Assembly: GCA_964234715.1 (NCBI GenBank) | Contig: OZ174284.1 | Source of the DNA: Podarcis melisellensis | Taxonomy: Eukaryota | Length of the DNA stretch: 64,000 nucleotides | Strand: one strand, 5' to 3' | Shown here: one piece after another, positions 1-12,460 of the stretch | Position numbering within the stretch: the stretch's first letter is position 1 | Layout: each line of letters opens with the position of its first letter | Program-made: the position numbers and the translations under genes | Notes under the pieces: model-generated | The model's input: only the letters and a program-made list of their open reading frames with translations | Told to the model about the DNA's origin: nothing | Databases searched by the model: none

Positions 1-160
1 ACTGGTTGGCCTTCCATCCAGGACATCGGGCAGCTCTGCAAACTTTGTGGGTTCGAGGCTTCTTTAAATGCTGGCACATATTATCACCTAGTTTAATTTG
101 GAAGTTGTTAACGCAATATATGTCGCGATCCTTTACACCCTTCCCACAGGATACAGAGCA
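1..160 (-). CDS. ADAMTS20: ADAMTS20 exon 29 (TSR; cut by window edge)
   Basis: Acceptor ttttacag then CSVSCGKGVKDRDIYCVNNFQ...KKPRTHKVCRAARCPGWKANQ. Confidence 0.93.
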
Positions 161-1964
161 CTGTAAAAGAAAGAAGAATCACACGTTCTCAGCTGTTTGA
201 CTTTAGAATGACATTTTCATAGCAGAACCATGGCCAATTATTGGTACAAATATTGCATGGCAAAGAAATGCTACTATGTTGAATCAGGTCCATTTGGGCC
301 ACAATCATACACCCACTTAAGGGAGAGGGCCCTATTGAAGATATTGGCACTTACTCGTGAACAAACACTCATAGGGTTCTACTGTGTGGTCAGCCATGTG
401 AGTCTTGAAGTTCTCAAACAGGACATGTTGGCCAGTGATGCAGTTACACAATTTTGGAATCCAGACTTAATGGTCTTACAGAGAATCTCTCTGTGTTGCT
501 TTGCTTACTTTGAAGTCAGCCCCGCAGTGTTTGGTGGTCCCCCTACTCACTCTGCTAAGTGGGTCCTCCTCCGATTCTACTCTCAAGTCCTGCCCTGGCA
601 CCACCACTGATGTTGACAGTGGACCATGTCCTGCTCTTTGTTCCCATGGCCTAGCACCCAAACATTCCATTTTGCTTACATGCTTAATAGCATGTTGATG
701 TATCTATCCTCTGTGTGACCATCCATCTCTGTATGATTCTTTACTCTGATTCTCACCAGTCTTATAACGGTGAGAGGAAATCTTACTGGAAAGTCAGGTG
801 GAGTTAATACCAGAGCTGGTCAGTACCAGAGCACCCTACGAGGCCCTATCACTAACAATTCTCTTTCTGTTTTCTGTTGCCCTGATCTGCCCTGGGCTTG
901 GCAGACATTTAAATTTACCACATTGGCAGTGACACTACTACATGGTGGGCCATAATGGGAACTTAAAATAGCAGTTAGACCCAAATGCTCAGGGCAGCGA
1001 AAATAAGTCGGCAGTTGCCTGCTTATTTGTAGTTGTGTTTAAGATTTGCCTACTTCAGCAGCCTTACTTTCCCGAAAGCAAAAATTAATACAGTTCTTAT
1101 TTTCAGCAAATGGAAACATTTCTAAGGCTACTGACTGAGACTTGCATTTTACATCGCTGTATCTAGCAAGTTGTCTCATATTTCTAGGGAAGTTACATAT
1201 AGATTGTATGGTGGAACTTGCCTATAGTTTTACTGAAAAGTAGGATTTACTTCATTGTATATACAGCTAGGACTAGGGATGTCAGCGTATTTGTTTTCTT
1301 ATGCTAAATTTTCAACACTACAGGCTTTGTATTCTGTTACACTTTGAGGGTATTCTAATGAGGGGGAAAGACCCATGCGAAGGATATTTGATATTTCCTG
1401 CAAGGTATTCTTTTCTCTTATCCGAGCCCTTGAGCATGAGGCGACAGAGAACCTGCCACTTTTGCAAACCTTATCATTATAAAGGCATTTCAAAGAGCCA
1501 GTGCTGGAAGGATTAAGTATCAAAGGACCCCAGTGATAAGCTCCACATTAAAGTCTTTACACTGTAAACAGAACTTGATAAATGGTGGCACTTAAGTAAG
1601 GCAGGTGTTTGAAAAAGACACAACGTATTTCCTATTGTCTCAAAAGGCTCATCTTTTTTCTTTTTTTTAAAAAAAGTTCACTTATACTGTAAGGCAGATC
1701 TAATCATTTAATTTCTTTATCTGAAGTACCAACATGAAAACAGATCCAGTGTCAGTGTATTAGGCTGTCCCCTCCTTCCTCAGCGGTTTCCATTTCCGCA
1801 GTATGAGCTATTCCTCACCAGACACTTTACTTCCATTTTTCCTCTGTTTCCGAGGTCTGCGGTTTCCAAACAATATTCACCGAAGGCAACAGTGTTAAGG
1901 TAAGAATGTTGTTCTGTTCTTTACTTTCATAGCAAGGAAACATGCCTGGTCTATTCAGTGATTA

Positions 1965-2223
1965 CCGTATTTTTTGCTCTATAAGACTCACTTTTTCCCT
2001 TCTAAAAAGTAAGGGAAAATGTATGTACGTCTTATGGAGCGAATGCAGGCTGCGCAGCTATCACAGAAGCCAGAACAGCAAGAGGGATTGCTGCTTTCAC
2101 TGCGCAGCGATCCCTCTTGCTGTTCTGGCTTCTGAGATTCAGAATATTTTTTTTCTTGTTTTCCTCCTCCAAAAACTAGGTGTGTCTTGTGGTCTGGTGA
2201 GTCTTATAGAGCAAAAAATACGG
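1965..2223. mobile_element. Tc1/mariner (Tc2-like) MITE
   Basis: TIRs CCGTATTTTTTGCTCTATAAGAC / GTCTTATAGAGCAAAAAATACGG; TA target duplication. Confidence 0.85.
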
Positions 2224-3739
2224 TAATAATAAAAAATTAAGGGTGCAATCCAGCCACAGCTAAGCAAGTCCTTTTTTCAGCAGGAATTCACCAGAGTTCA
2301 GTTCCTGCACCTCTCAGGTGGGCACCATTGACATTATAAGAGAGCAAAGCAGGCGTTCATCGTGAGTTCCGGCATCTCTTTTTCCAGAAAAACAGCACTG
2401 CTTTAAAAGCACCATCAGTTTCAATGGAATAATTAAGCCAGTGCTGAACTCTCCCCATTTGAAATCTACAGGATTTGCATTAGAAGGATAATGCTTACAG
2501 TGCCAATATAAAAAAGCAGACGGCTGTTAATTAGTAATTCATACAGCGGCTTGTTATAAATGTATTGTTTGAAATGTAAAGATATAAATGCTTTAATTGT
2601 GACCTGCTGAATCCCTCAAATGTATAACGACAGCATGCAAATGCTCTGAAATAAAACCAATGCTGTCTTTGATCAAATGGGCACCAGTTTTGCTTGCAAG
2701 GAATATGGGGAATATTTTGCTGTTTACAAAAAGCTCATTTTAAGTTGTGCTTGTATAAAATAACACAAAACAGGACGCAGACAATCTATACTATAGAAGA
2801 TGGTGTTTGTGCAAGTGTGTTTTATGAAGTCACTGTAGTAGGTTTAGCTTCTTAAGAGGATTTCTTGATAATGGTCAATGAAGTGTCAATTAATGTACAA
2901 TAAAATAATGACAAAACAGACAGAGTATAGAGTGGAAGTTAGTAATTCAGAAAGGATAAAGGAAAAAACATTAGCTGTACACTAGTAATGGAAGGAAAGC
3001 AACAAGAAGTGCAGCAGCTGTGGAAAAAATATTAGGAGTGGGGAAAGTACCAAATGTATGGTTTTAAAAAAAGTCTTCCTTGGCCTAGTTTGATGATGTG
3101 ACACTGCTTATAAAAAGTTTCAAAACATACATGCAAGAGAGTATTGTACTCTACTGAATGGGCAAGCGGATTCATCTGCCTTAGATAAAGCAACTGGTCT
3201 ATTGCGACAGGCTGATGCCTGAAACATATTGGGAATTAAAATTATCTCTTTGTCTACTACACAGATGGTGCCAGAGGGCAGGATCCATCAAAGTTGTTCT
3301 GTCAGCCCAAGAACTCCAGAGCAGATTTGGGAGAGGCATGGGGTGTGAGGAGAGCAGAGGGAGGAAAGTTCTGTTGTGAAGACGGAAATCTTTGTGCCAG
3401 CGGATACATATAGAAAGAGCCCTTAAGTGTTAAGACACTTATTTGCTCTAGATGAAAAAGCTAAAGGCCAAAGACTCATACTCCAGTGTTGCTCTCTACT
3501 GAATTTTACTAAAATCTATGGGATTTGTTCCTTACACATAACTGTGCCCGACTGTGTCTCTCTATTATTAACTTTGCACTAGTGATGGGTGAGCCTCCTC
3601 TGCCTCGGTTCACTTCAGGTTGGCTTGGAAAGAAATTGAGTTATCTCCTCCCAAATTGGGTCCACTCCCAACCTCGTAGTCACTCAAACTTATCTTCCGC
3701 CGGTACCTCAAAATCCCCCCCCCCTTATCAGGTGGCAGT

Positions 3740-3784
<45 letters not shown>

Positions 3785-4047
3785 TTATTATTTATACCTC
3801 ACCCATTTGGCTGGGTTTCCCAGCCACTCTGGGCGGCTTCCAACAAAATATTAAAATACAATAGTCTATTAAACATTAAAAGTTTCCCTAAACAAGGCTG
3901 CCTTCAGATGTCTTCTAAAAGTCTGATCATTGTTTTTCTCTTTGACATCTGGTGGGAGGGTGTTCCACAGGGAGGGTGCCACTACCAAGAAGGTCCTCTG
4001 CCTGGTTCCCTGTAACTTGGCTTCTCGCAGCAAGGGAACTGCCAGAA
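3740..4047 (-). mobile_element. L2 LINE 3' end with (TTA)n tail
   Basis: ORF2 C-terminus RTFLVVAPSLWNTLP...FRRHLKAALF; (TAA)n at 3740-3783. Confidence 0.85.
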
Positions 4048-4584
4048 TGTACATTAAGCTGTAGGGAGACTGATGTAAGGGATGCCTTTCCTTCCTACTC
4101 CTCTTCTCTTGATACTTTTGTGTGATATGTAGCAGGGCACCAGACCAACCAAAAGGAGCCTTTGGGGATGTAGTCTGCATCTATTTGTAGCCGTGGCCTA
4201 GGGGCAGCACATTTTCCAGGGCCCACTTTGCCTGGGTTGGCATATTGCTACACCCCATGGAGATGGGAGGCCTCTCTCTGTCACCGTTCCCTGTAGCCTA
4301 GACACAGTGCAACTTGCTGCTACAGCCATACTGTGGTCTTCACTGTAGTCCAGTTAGTGGTGTGGGAGAGCAGGGTAGGGTAGAGGGGCCTGAGGGAATC
4401 AGCTGAATGGAGAGGGCTTGGGACACAATGAGTACAAGGAATTCTTCTCTAGCTCAGATCAAAATCTGAACTGAAGAAAAATTCAGGGATCATGTTTCGT
4501 GGTTGAGCTACTACTACCCCTTGAAACATGGATGCGTTCCTTCCAACATGTCTCCAATGAAAATAGGAGTGTCCTACCTATTCC

Positions 4585-4760
4585 ATCATCATCACCATCA
4601 TAATTTTATATATGCCCTGCCCACCTAGCTGGGTTGCCCCAGCCACTCTGGGCAGCTTCCAATATATAAAAACACAGCAAAACATTAAACATTTAGAAAC
4701 TTCCCTAAACAGGGCTGCCTTCAGATATCTTCTAAAGGTTGTATAGTTACATATCTCCTT
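4585..4760 (-). mobile_element. L2 3' tail fragment
   Basis: CCCAGCCACTCTGGGC...GGCTGCCTTCAGAT shared with the 3740 copy. Confidence 0.75.
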
Positions 4761-4782
4761 GGCTCAGGGGTGGCATAACTCC

Positions 4783-4963
4783 ATACCTTCCAATGTTTCT
4801 CTGACAAAAATAGGGTCATCCTACCATACCTTCCAACATTTCTCTGATGAAAATAGGGACGTCCTAAGGAAAAATGGGACATTCCAGGATCAAATCAGAA
4901 ACCGGGAAGGCTTCTGTAAATCTGGAACTGTTCCTGGAAAACAGGGACACTTGGAAGGGTCTG
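4783..4963. mobile_element. hAT-like MITE with duplicated left end
   Basis: CATACCTTCCAA repeated twice, right end TTGGAAGGGTCTG, internal GGGACA motifs. Confidence 0.6.
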
Positions 4964-6426
4964 TGGTGTGTCTCAGCTTGTGGGCACATAAATTTCATGA
5001 AGGAAGTCCCAAACTCTGAGATTTGCATCACTTTCTTCCTAAGTAAGAGGACACACTAGCATGTAGTATACTAAGAAAACTATCAGCTGAAAATTCATGT
5101 GATCAACAAGGTGTATTTTGCATTCAGCTATCCATATCTAAGTGGAGAAAAAAGCACTAGGCCAGCATTTAAAGGTTCAGTAAATAATCTCTTGTTACAA
5201 AGGTAGTTTCCTGTAAATTGCCCTAGACATTAATCTCTATAATAGATTAATAAATGCATTTTCCCCCTAGCCAAAGCACTTTAAACTCCCACAGGTTTCA
5301 ACAGGAGAGATTTATGCATGTGCTTAAATCTCCCACTGAAATTAATAGGACTTAAAAGTGCTTAACTTTGGCTGGATCGTGTGAATTTTATTGCAAAGTT
5401 AAAAGTTTTTTCACTGCTGCCACTTAATTCCATCTGTAAAACTAAACTGAGAAGTCTGTTCAGGTTTGTGTTCAAAAGCTTCTTTGCTTGCGCTTTAAAG
5501 GGTCGCTTTTCAGGAAACCGTACAGACAGGAACTCTTCATATAGCTTTTATATCTTTCCTTTCAAGAAACACCCCACATATGTGCCACCAAGGGGCCTCC
5601 ATCATTTGGACTGCAATTTAGATCAATCCTGCCTCTTCAGTAGTGGAAAACATTACCTTTTACAAAAAATACTGTGCGGCTATTTGGAAACAAATAAAAG
5701 CAGACTATTTTATAGCTACAAGAAAGGAGTAAGATTGCTTGAGATATCTGTTTCTAACTATGCATTTCTGCTTGTTTCAGGGCTTACAACAGCTGTGCAA
5801 GGAACTCCAGTGCCCAAGAAACAACTGGCCACATCTCTCTAGAAACAGTATATAGAGTGCATAATATCATATGTGTAGAAACATGGAGATACACCAAGTC
5901 AATTCTGCAGGTTCCAATCCATTGGATTGTGTCTAAGATCACAGGCCTAGGTTATCTAAATGGGTGGGTTGTGCAGACAGGCCTGGTTAACCATGACTTT
6001 AGGGTTTTTCACCTTTCTGATTTTCCCTATCTAAGTTATTGGTTGCTAAGGGGTGGTGGGTGGAAGGAGAGTGATGCAGTTTGGGGACAATTTAGGGCAA
6101 AACCGACCCTTCTCTGTAATAATGGGATTGTGTAGGCTATGCCAAAAGTCACTGCATACTTGTTTCCCCTTCCCTCGGGAGTCCTTGCAATATACGAACT
6201 CTTTCTCCACAAGCAAACTGTTCATCAAAATGATGGGTATTTAGCGAGCAATAATATAGCTGCCAGTTAGTGTCAATGGAGTAGAACGCTGTCCTTCCAA
6301 CTTAATAAACACAATAGAGTTATCACTGCTGACACTTGGAGGATTTAACAAGTTTCGTTTTGTGCTAGTTCAGTGCCTTTTCCAGGGAAGGTACCTGCTG
6401 TCTGACTCCTTTAAAAAATGATCGTA

Positions 6427-6933
6427 TGTCAGGGACCGTGCTGAGGAGGGCTGCACTGAGGAGGAATGGAGGGAGCCTCCCCCTCCCCCTGTTCCTGATC
6501 AGAATCCTGAATCTTCCCAGGACAGTATAGATTTGGAACAGTGGTTTGCAGAGGGGCATAGTTCAGAAGGCAGAAGCTGGGAAGTACTAGATGGGGAACA
6601 GCTAGGAGGAGGAGAACCGGGAGAGAGTTAACAGACTCACTGTCACTTGAAAGTGTTCATCTGCTCAGTCCAAGGTCAAGAAGAGCAGATAAGGTGGCAG
6701 CAGACAAAGCGCAGTGGTTGCAAGATCAGGTTACAAGATGCAGTAGTGACGGGGTGACTAGGGAGGAAGTGGGTGGAACCCTTAATTGGGAGCACCTTCA
6801 TTCCTAGGAATGGACTCTTTGCTCTCTCGCTGTGATCATTAAAGTTTCTAACTGGTAAGAGACTCTTTTATCTTTGTTCTGCTTATCTACTGCCAAAGGG
6901 GGAGGAAGGAAGCCAGTTCCCTGAAGCCTGACA
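6427..6933 (+). mobile_element. Solo LTR (about 507 bp)
   Basis: TGTCAGG...CCTGACA ends, 5-bp TSD TCGTA/TCCTA, ATTAAA near 6838. Confidence 0.75.
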
Positions 6934-8929
6934 TCCTATCACACCCATTGGCACTTTATTGCATAAGTAGTTTTTGGCAAAGTAATCAATTGCTTGCTGC
7001 ATCTCACACAGACAAAAGAAATAATTGGCTCTAGCCTTAAGGAAAGGCCCATTGATTCCAGTGGGTTTACTCTAAAAAGGATAATCCTAGCTAAAGCTCA
7101 GAAAAATAGTATAGTCCCTTATAGGCAGATGCACACACTTTCTACAAAAGTGCCCCCCACCGCTCTGTTTTTTCTAACCATTTTATTTCTCTTTGAACAT
7201 TTTTGCAATTATACTGTTAGAAGATATGCAGCACAATAATCACAATCATCTCTACATCACCACTCCAACATAAGTCTTATCATTGTCCATGGGACTTACT
7301 GCCAGGTACAAGATTTCAGTCTTAAATCTTATTCATTTGATGATTTATACAAAATACTTGCATTGGACGTAGCATACAGAAACCATTCGCCATAATTTGA
7401 AGAATCAAATATACCGACTAAATTGAAGCTGAATGATCTCTTATTTATGCTAAGATTCTATTACTTATCTCAACTGGACTAAACTAACATCTGTTGTATG
7501 GCAGATTCTTTTAAAAATATTAACACATCAAAGGGCAAAAGCTGGATTTGATTAGTATTGTTCAAAGTCTGTAGGCTTCTCTGGTAACTGGGCCTTTGTC
7601 TGCTAAATCCCCTTTTCCTTTAAATAATAACATTCAAGGGAGATCAATCAAATGCAGCCGCTGGAATACAAATGAATTCATATGATACAGGTGTAATATT
7701 CACATTCAGACACCTCAAGACACAGTTGATTGCAGAATCCTGAATAGTTGGGATGTTCTGCAATAAACTGTACTGGAAGAGATTGAGGTGACAAGGCCTG
7801 TGAAATTTCATGAAGCCATTCACCATTTGTATCCCCACCCTCCTTCCCCAGCTATAGTTCCTCTTCTTCCTTTTTGCACCATCTTTCTCCCCTCTTTCCT
7901 TTGCCTTATTGAGGAATTTTTACACTCAAGCTTGAGCTTTCAAGAGGCAAGAAAAACCTTCGGAAAAACCCCACACCCATCACAGTAGCCTTTCAGGTTT
8001 TCCTAGCCCCAATAATATTGTTGCTTCAGATCCATCTGCAGTGATTCTTCTTCACTGAATGATCCCAACCAGTTAGGGATTACACAGAGGGTCCCTCCCA
8101 ACTTAGCAATTCTATGATTCCATGACTGCAGTCTGACACAGCCAATGAGATTAGGCCACATCACTAACAGATAGTGAAACCACCCCTTCGAACAGTGGAG
8201 ATGCGCTTCTAATATTCTCGCCTTGCTGTGCTGTGCAGGAGGTTACATTGCCTATTTAGCCCTGCACAACCAGGCTTTGTCCCCAGTCCAACTCTAGTGG
8301 CACGTTGCTGTGTGTGGCTAAGTGTGGTGGAATGTGGATGAAATTAAATATTCGGATGGAAAAAAAGCAACGTGTTGTGAATTAGTGACATCAGCTTTTG
8401 GCTGTGCATCCAAAGACACATCTTCAGCCTCATTCGGCTGCAACTGTGTCGGATTGGATCAAGATGAGAAGTATCAAACCAGTTTCTCTGGCAACAACAG
8501 CACATTCCCCCCCTCCTTTTTAAAAATCATTTTTATTGATTTTCCAATAAAAAATATCCAATCATAATCCAATTAGAACAAAAAAACTAAAATAAAAAAG
8601 ACCAATTTATAATCCAAATTGTAATTATTGATTTTTGGGGGCTCCCCATAGTCTGGACCTCTGAAGCATATCTCCAAATCTCAGTCCTGCCTCTCCTTGT
8701 TGTTTTCATATTTTCCACATCCCAATTTAACCCTCTCTCCTCAAAACACCACCCTCTTGCAACCCTCCACAAAGAAGTGCTTAAATATTATATCAATCCA
8801 TCAATCAACTGTCTTCAGGCACAACAAAGCACTTCCATCTAATTATCAGGACAGTTATTGGGATATTAGGTGGAGGGGAGCCAATACCTCAAAGCTGAAT
8901 CTATGAAAAAACAAAGATGTTGTGTGCCA

Positions 8930-9500
8930 CAAGTTCTCATGCCTGGGAAGTGGGGAGACAGCTCATTCTGGATGGGGTTGCACTCCCTTGCAAGGCGCAG
9001 GTCCAGGGGTGACTCCTGAATTCAGCACTGTCACCAGAGGCTCAAGTGGCCTCAGTGGCTAGGAGTGCTTTCCCCCCTACTCTCACTGGTTTGCCAAGCT
9101 CTGGCCCCTTTTGGAGAGAAATGACTTGGACACTGTACTCCATGCTCTGGACACCACCAGATTGGACTACTGCAATGCGCTCTACATGCAACTGGCTTTG
9201 AAGATGACTCAGAAATGTCAACTGCTCAAAAGTGCCGTGGCCAGATAAGAGGTTGCATTTAGATCTCTGTTTCAAAACAGAGACACATCTGAAAATGTCA
9301 CTTAATGGCTTTCAGCAAACGCTGAAGTCTCAGCTCTTTACCGTGACCTTTGATACCTGAGATACATATTTTTAAGACCTTATTTTGAGATTGTAACTTT
9401 TTTAAAAAACTGTTTTTAATGTTGTATTTGAAATTGTTGCAACCTACCCTGGGACTTCTGAGTGAAGGGAGGGTAAAATATAGCAGCAGCAACAACAACA
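8930..9500 (+). mobile_element. Degraded L2 ORF2/3' fragment
   Basis: RLDYCNALY motif (agattggactactgcaatgcgctctac), typical of L2 ORF2. Confidence 0.65.
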
Positions 9501-10425
9501 ATTTCAGAATCATGATTCTGACTTGGTGTGCTAAATTCAAATGGACTGCAGGACCAATAATTTGCCACCAAGCAAGGAACACACCCATATTTTAAACCTG
9601 AAAATAACTCATCTGTCTGCATCACTGATCATGATGCAGCAATCATTGATAGATTTGCACCTTTGTGCTTAAAAAATTAGCTCTGTAAAGAATAGAGTTG
9701 AATGTGAATTCAATTCAATTCAGTAGAATGTATTCTCAACTATTTATGAAGCATAGATTTTTTGGTAATTGCTGAATATTATAACAATTTGATTATTGTG
9801 GGATATTAAGAGAAAATCTTTATTGTATTGCTAATTGTTTATACCAGGAATAACAATGACTTTAGTATAGATTGTCTTCAGCTCTTAAATTGCCTGATTG
9901 TTTATATAGATATTTTTGTATGTATAGGATGCTTATAAATAAATACATTGATTTGAAAATGAACATCAGATTTCAAACTATAAAGATAATTCAATAGTAT
10001 ATTGTGCAGGAGTATTTCAGGAGGTCACTAGGCCATTATGTTTGACATCTCTATTGCAACTGAAATCTCTATAATAAAATCGTGTTGGTCTACTCTTCTC
10101 AGCTATGTCCCCCCCCCCCCCAGGATTAAACTACATATTGGAAAAAATATAATGCTTCTAAGATTCAATTATTATTGAACAATATGTAAGTGTGTCACTA
10201 TATAAACTGATTTTCACACTGCATAAAAGTTTAAAATTACTTATTCAATACTTACTATCAATACACACTTTCCCCCAACTGCACAGATATATCATCATTT
10301 CATGCAGTATAATATGCTTTTTAAAAATAATAAAAAAGACATACACACAAACTTGTTACAACAGAAGGAACTATTATTTTTGCTTTTGTCTTAACAGGGG
10401 TCTTTGCCGTGGCATCTGATTACCA

Positions 10426-10553
10426 NNNNNNNNNNNNNNNNNNNNNNNNNNNNNNNNNNNNNNNNNNNNNNNNNNNNNNNNNNNNNNNNNNNNNNNNNNN
10501 NNNNNNNNNNNNNNNNNNNNNNNNNNNNNNNNNNNNNNNNNNNNNNNNNNNNN
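10426..10553. other. Assembly gap (128 N)
   Basis: Run of n. Confidence 1.
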
Positions 10554-10763
10554 ATGTGGTGGGATCAGCTGTCAATAAATTTCCTCCCTACTTCACAATT
10601 TGAAGGCCAGTCATTATTTCAAGTACAGATGCCATTACAATATTATCACCAGCTGGTAAAATGGCAAAGTTTTAAAACCGCTTGATATATCAATCATATG
10701 GTTACTGTATGCATAATCACAAATGTCTTCCCATATAAACTATACACAAGTGTGTATTGTAAG

Positions 10764-11130
10764 AAAGGTAAAAAGGAGTCCTGGACAGTTAAGTCCAGTC
10801 AAAGGCGGCTATGGGGTTGTGGCGCTCATCTCGCTTTCAGGCCGAAGGAGCCAGCGTTTGTCCACAGACAGCTTTCCGGGTAACATTGCCAGTATGACTG
10901 AACCGCTTCTGGTGCAACGGAATACCATGATGGAAACCAGAGCGCATGGAAACGCCACCACAGTGGTACCTATTTATCTACTTGCACCGACCTGCTTTCA
11001 AACTGCTAGGTTGGCAGGAGCTGGGAAAGAGCAATGGGAGCTCACCCCGTCACAGGGATTTGAACCGCCAACCTTCTGATCAGCAAGCCCAAGAGGCTCA
11101 GTGGTTTAGACCACAGTGCCACCTGCATCC
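10764..11130 (-). mobile_element. Sauria SINE
   Basis: Reverse complement of the 46653 copy; tRNA-like head and TTTACCTTT tail. Confidence 0.9.
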
Positions 11131-12200
11131 TATCTATGCATTATATTGCTGTTCAGATATAATCCTTTACTGGATATACCCTTTGCCAGTATACTGAAGT
11201 GCACCTTATGAAGTAATGATTATAATAATTGGGTATCTATTGAGGCTAAACCAAAACAATGACTTTGCAGCTCTGCAAAAACGAGGATCCCTTTCCAACA
11301 TCCTTCTGGAAGGCTCAAAAAGGGGCAAAGTGTTTTTAGCATGGCTGCATAGATGTACTCCTATTTCCCTTTAGGTTTCATTCTGCATTACCTGTCAGCT
11401 GGATGGTGTAGAGTTGGATGGTCTGGTGTTCATCTATTTCTGCAGCGCTATTTCTCTTTAAACTAGTTATTTTCCCATAGAAGCAAGTGAGTTCCTGCAT
11501 AACCAGATTTGGTCACATGAGATTATCACTGAGAACCAACAAGCTAATTCGGAGTAATGTTCAGGAAGCATTGCCTTCACTCTGAACTGATTTCATTTGG
11601 TTTCAGTGATGTTGCTATGTAGCAACACCTGACGGACATGTGATGATGCCATTATTACTAACAAGATACCTAAGCTACTTCTCTTTTAGAAAGAAAAAAG
11701 TTCAACAGCTGATGAGGCTATGTAGGCACACTAAACTAGCATGAGAGAATGAGATTTTCAGGGAACATCTTGAACCACCCTAAAACACCATCCAAAATGT
11801 TTAGCTGGAACTATCAATCCCTCCACCCACCTGCTTCAGAAATGAGGAATGCATGCATTTATCACAAGATGAAAGTCACATTAGGGAAAGAACACTGACA
11901 AAGATGATGGCTGGAATGATTCTGTCAACAGCAACAAAAGAATTCACACACAAAGATGAAAGTACGAATAATTTGCTAAAAGATCACAGAAGAACCAAAG
12001 AATATTTCAGCATGTTCCTCTTCAAATGTAAGAAAACTATTATGCCAACAATATTGAGACAGATGTACTTTTACAATGTACCTGCAACTGTTGGGCATGC
12101 ACAGGAGCGAACGCAGGGACCCATTTGCTGTGTGTTGGGTCTAGGTTAAGCATGGTGAATGGCAGAGGGATCTGCTGTGTAAATCAAGAACATTTCAGCA

Positions 12201-12460
12201 TGGATTGACAATATGGACAGACTAGTTACATACGAACGAATTGCATATTGACGCAAATTAAGAATGGATAAATATGAAGAAATCTGGAAGGAATACTTAA
12301 GCGATAAGGCGGGAAGTGGTGGGAAGTAGGGAGGGAGAGGTGGGGAAATATTGTTAAAAGGGTGTAGTTATAGGTATATCAGTACTCAAATCTGAATTGT
12401 TAAATTGTATTATTAGTGTTATTGTGGTATTGAAAAAACGATTAAATAATTTTTTTAAAA
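12201..12460 (+). mobile_element. 5'-truncated L1/Tx1-like retroposon end
   Basis: Perfect 15-bp TSD AAGAACATTTCAGCA (12186-12200, 12461-12475); residual ORF WIDNMDRLVTYERIAY*RKLRMDKYEEIWKEYL; ATTAAA near the 3' end. Confidence 0.8.

Noticed and set aside
3525-3854. ORF with a poly-Ile run
   Set aside because: Translation of the (TAA)n tail of an L2 element
10404-10685. ORFs spanning the N run
   Set aside because: Artefact of translating through an assembly gap
8170-12175. Additional exon-like segments on the minus strand (about 12081-12171, 11392-11455 and from 8487)
   Set aside because: No recognisable protein, no consistent frame with ADAMTS20, and only moderate splice signals
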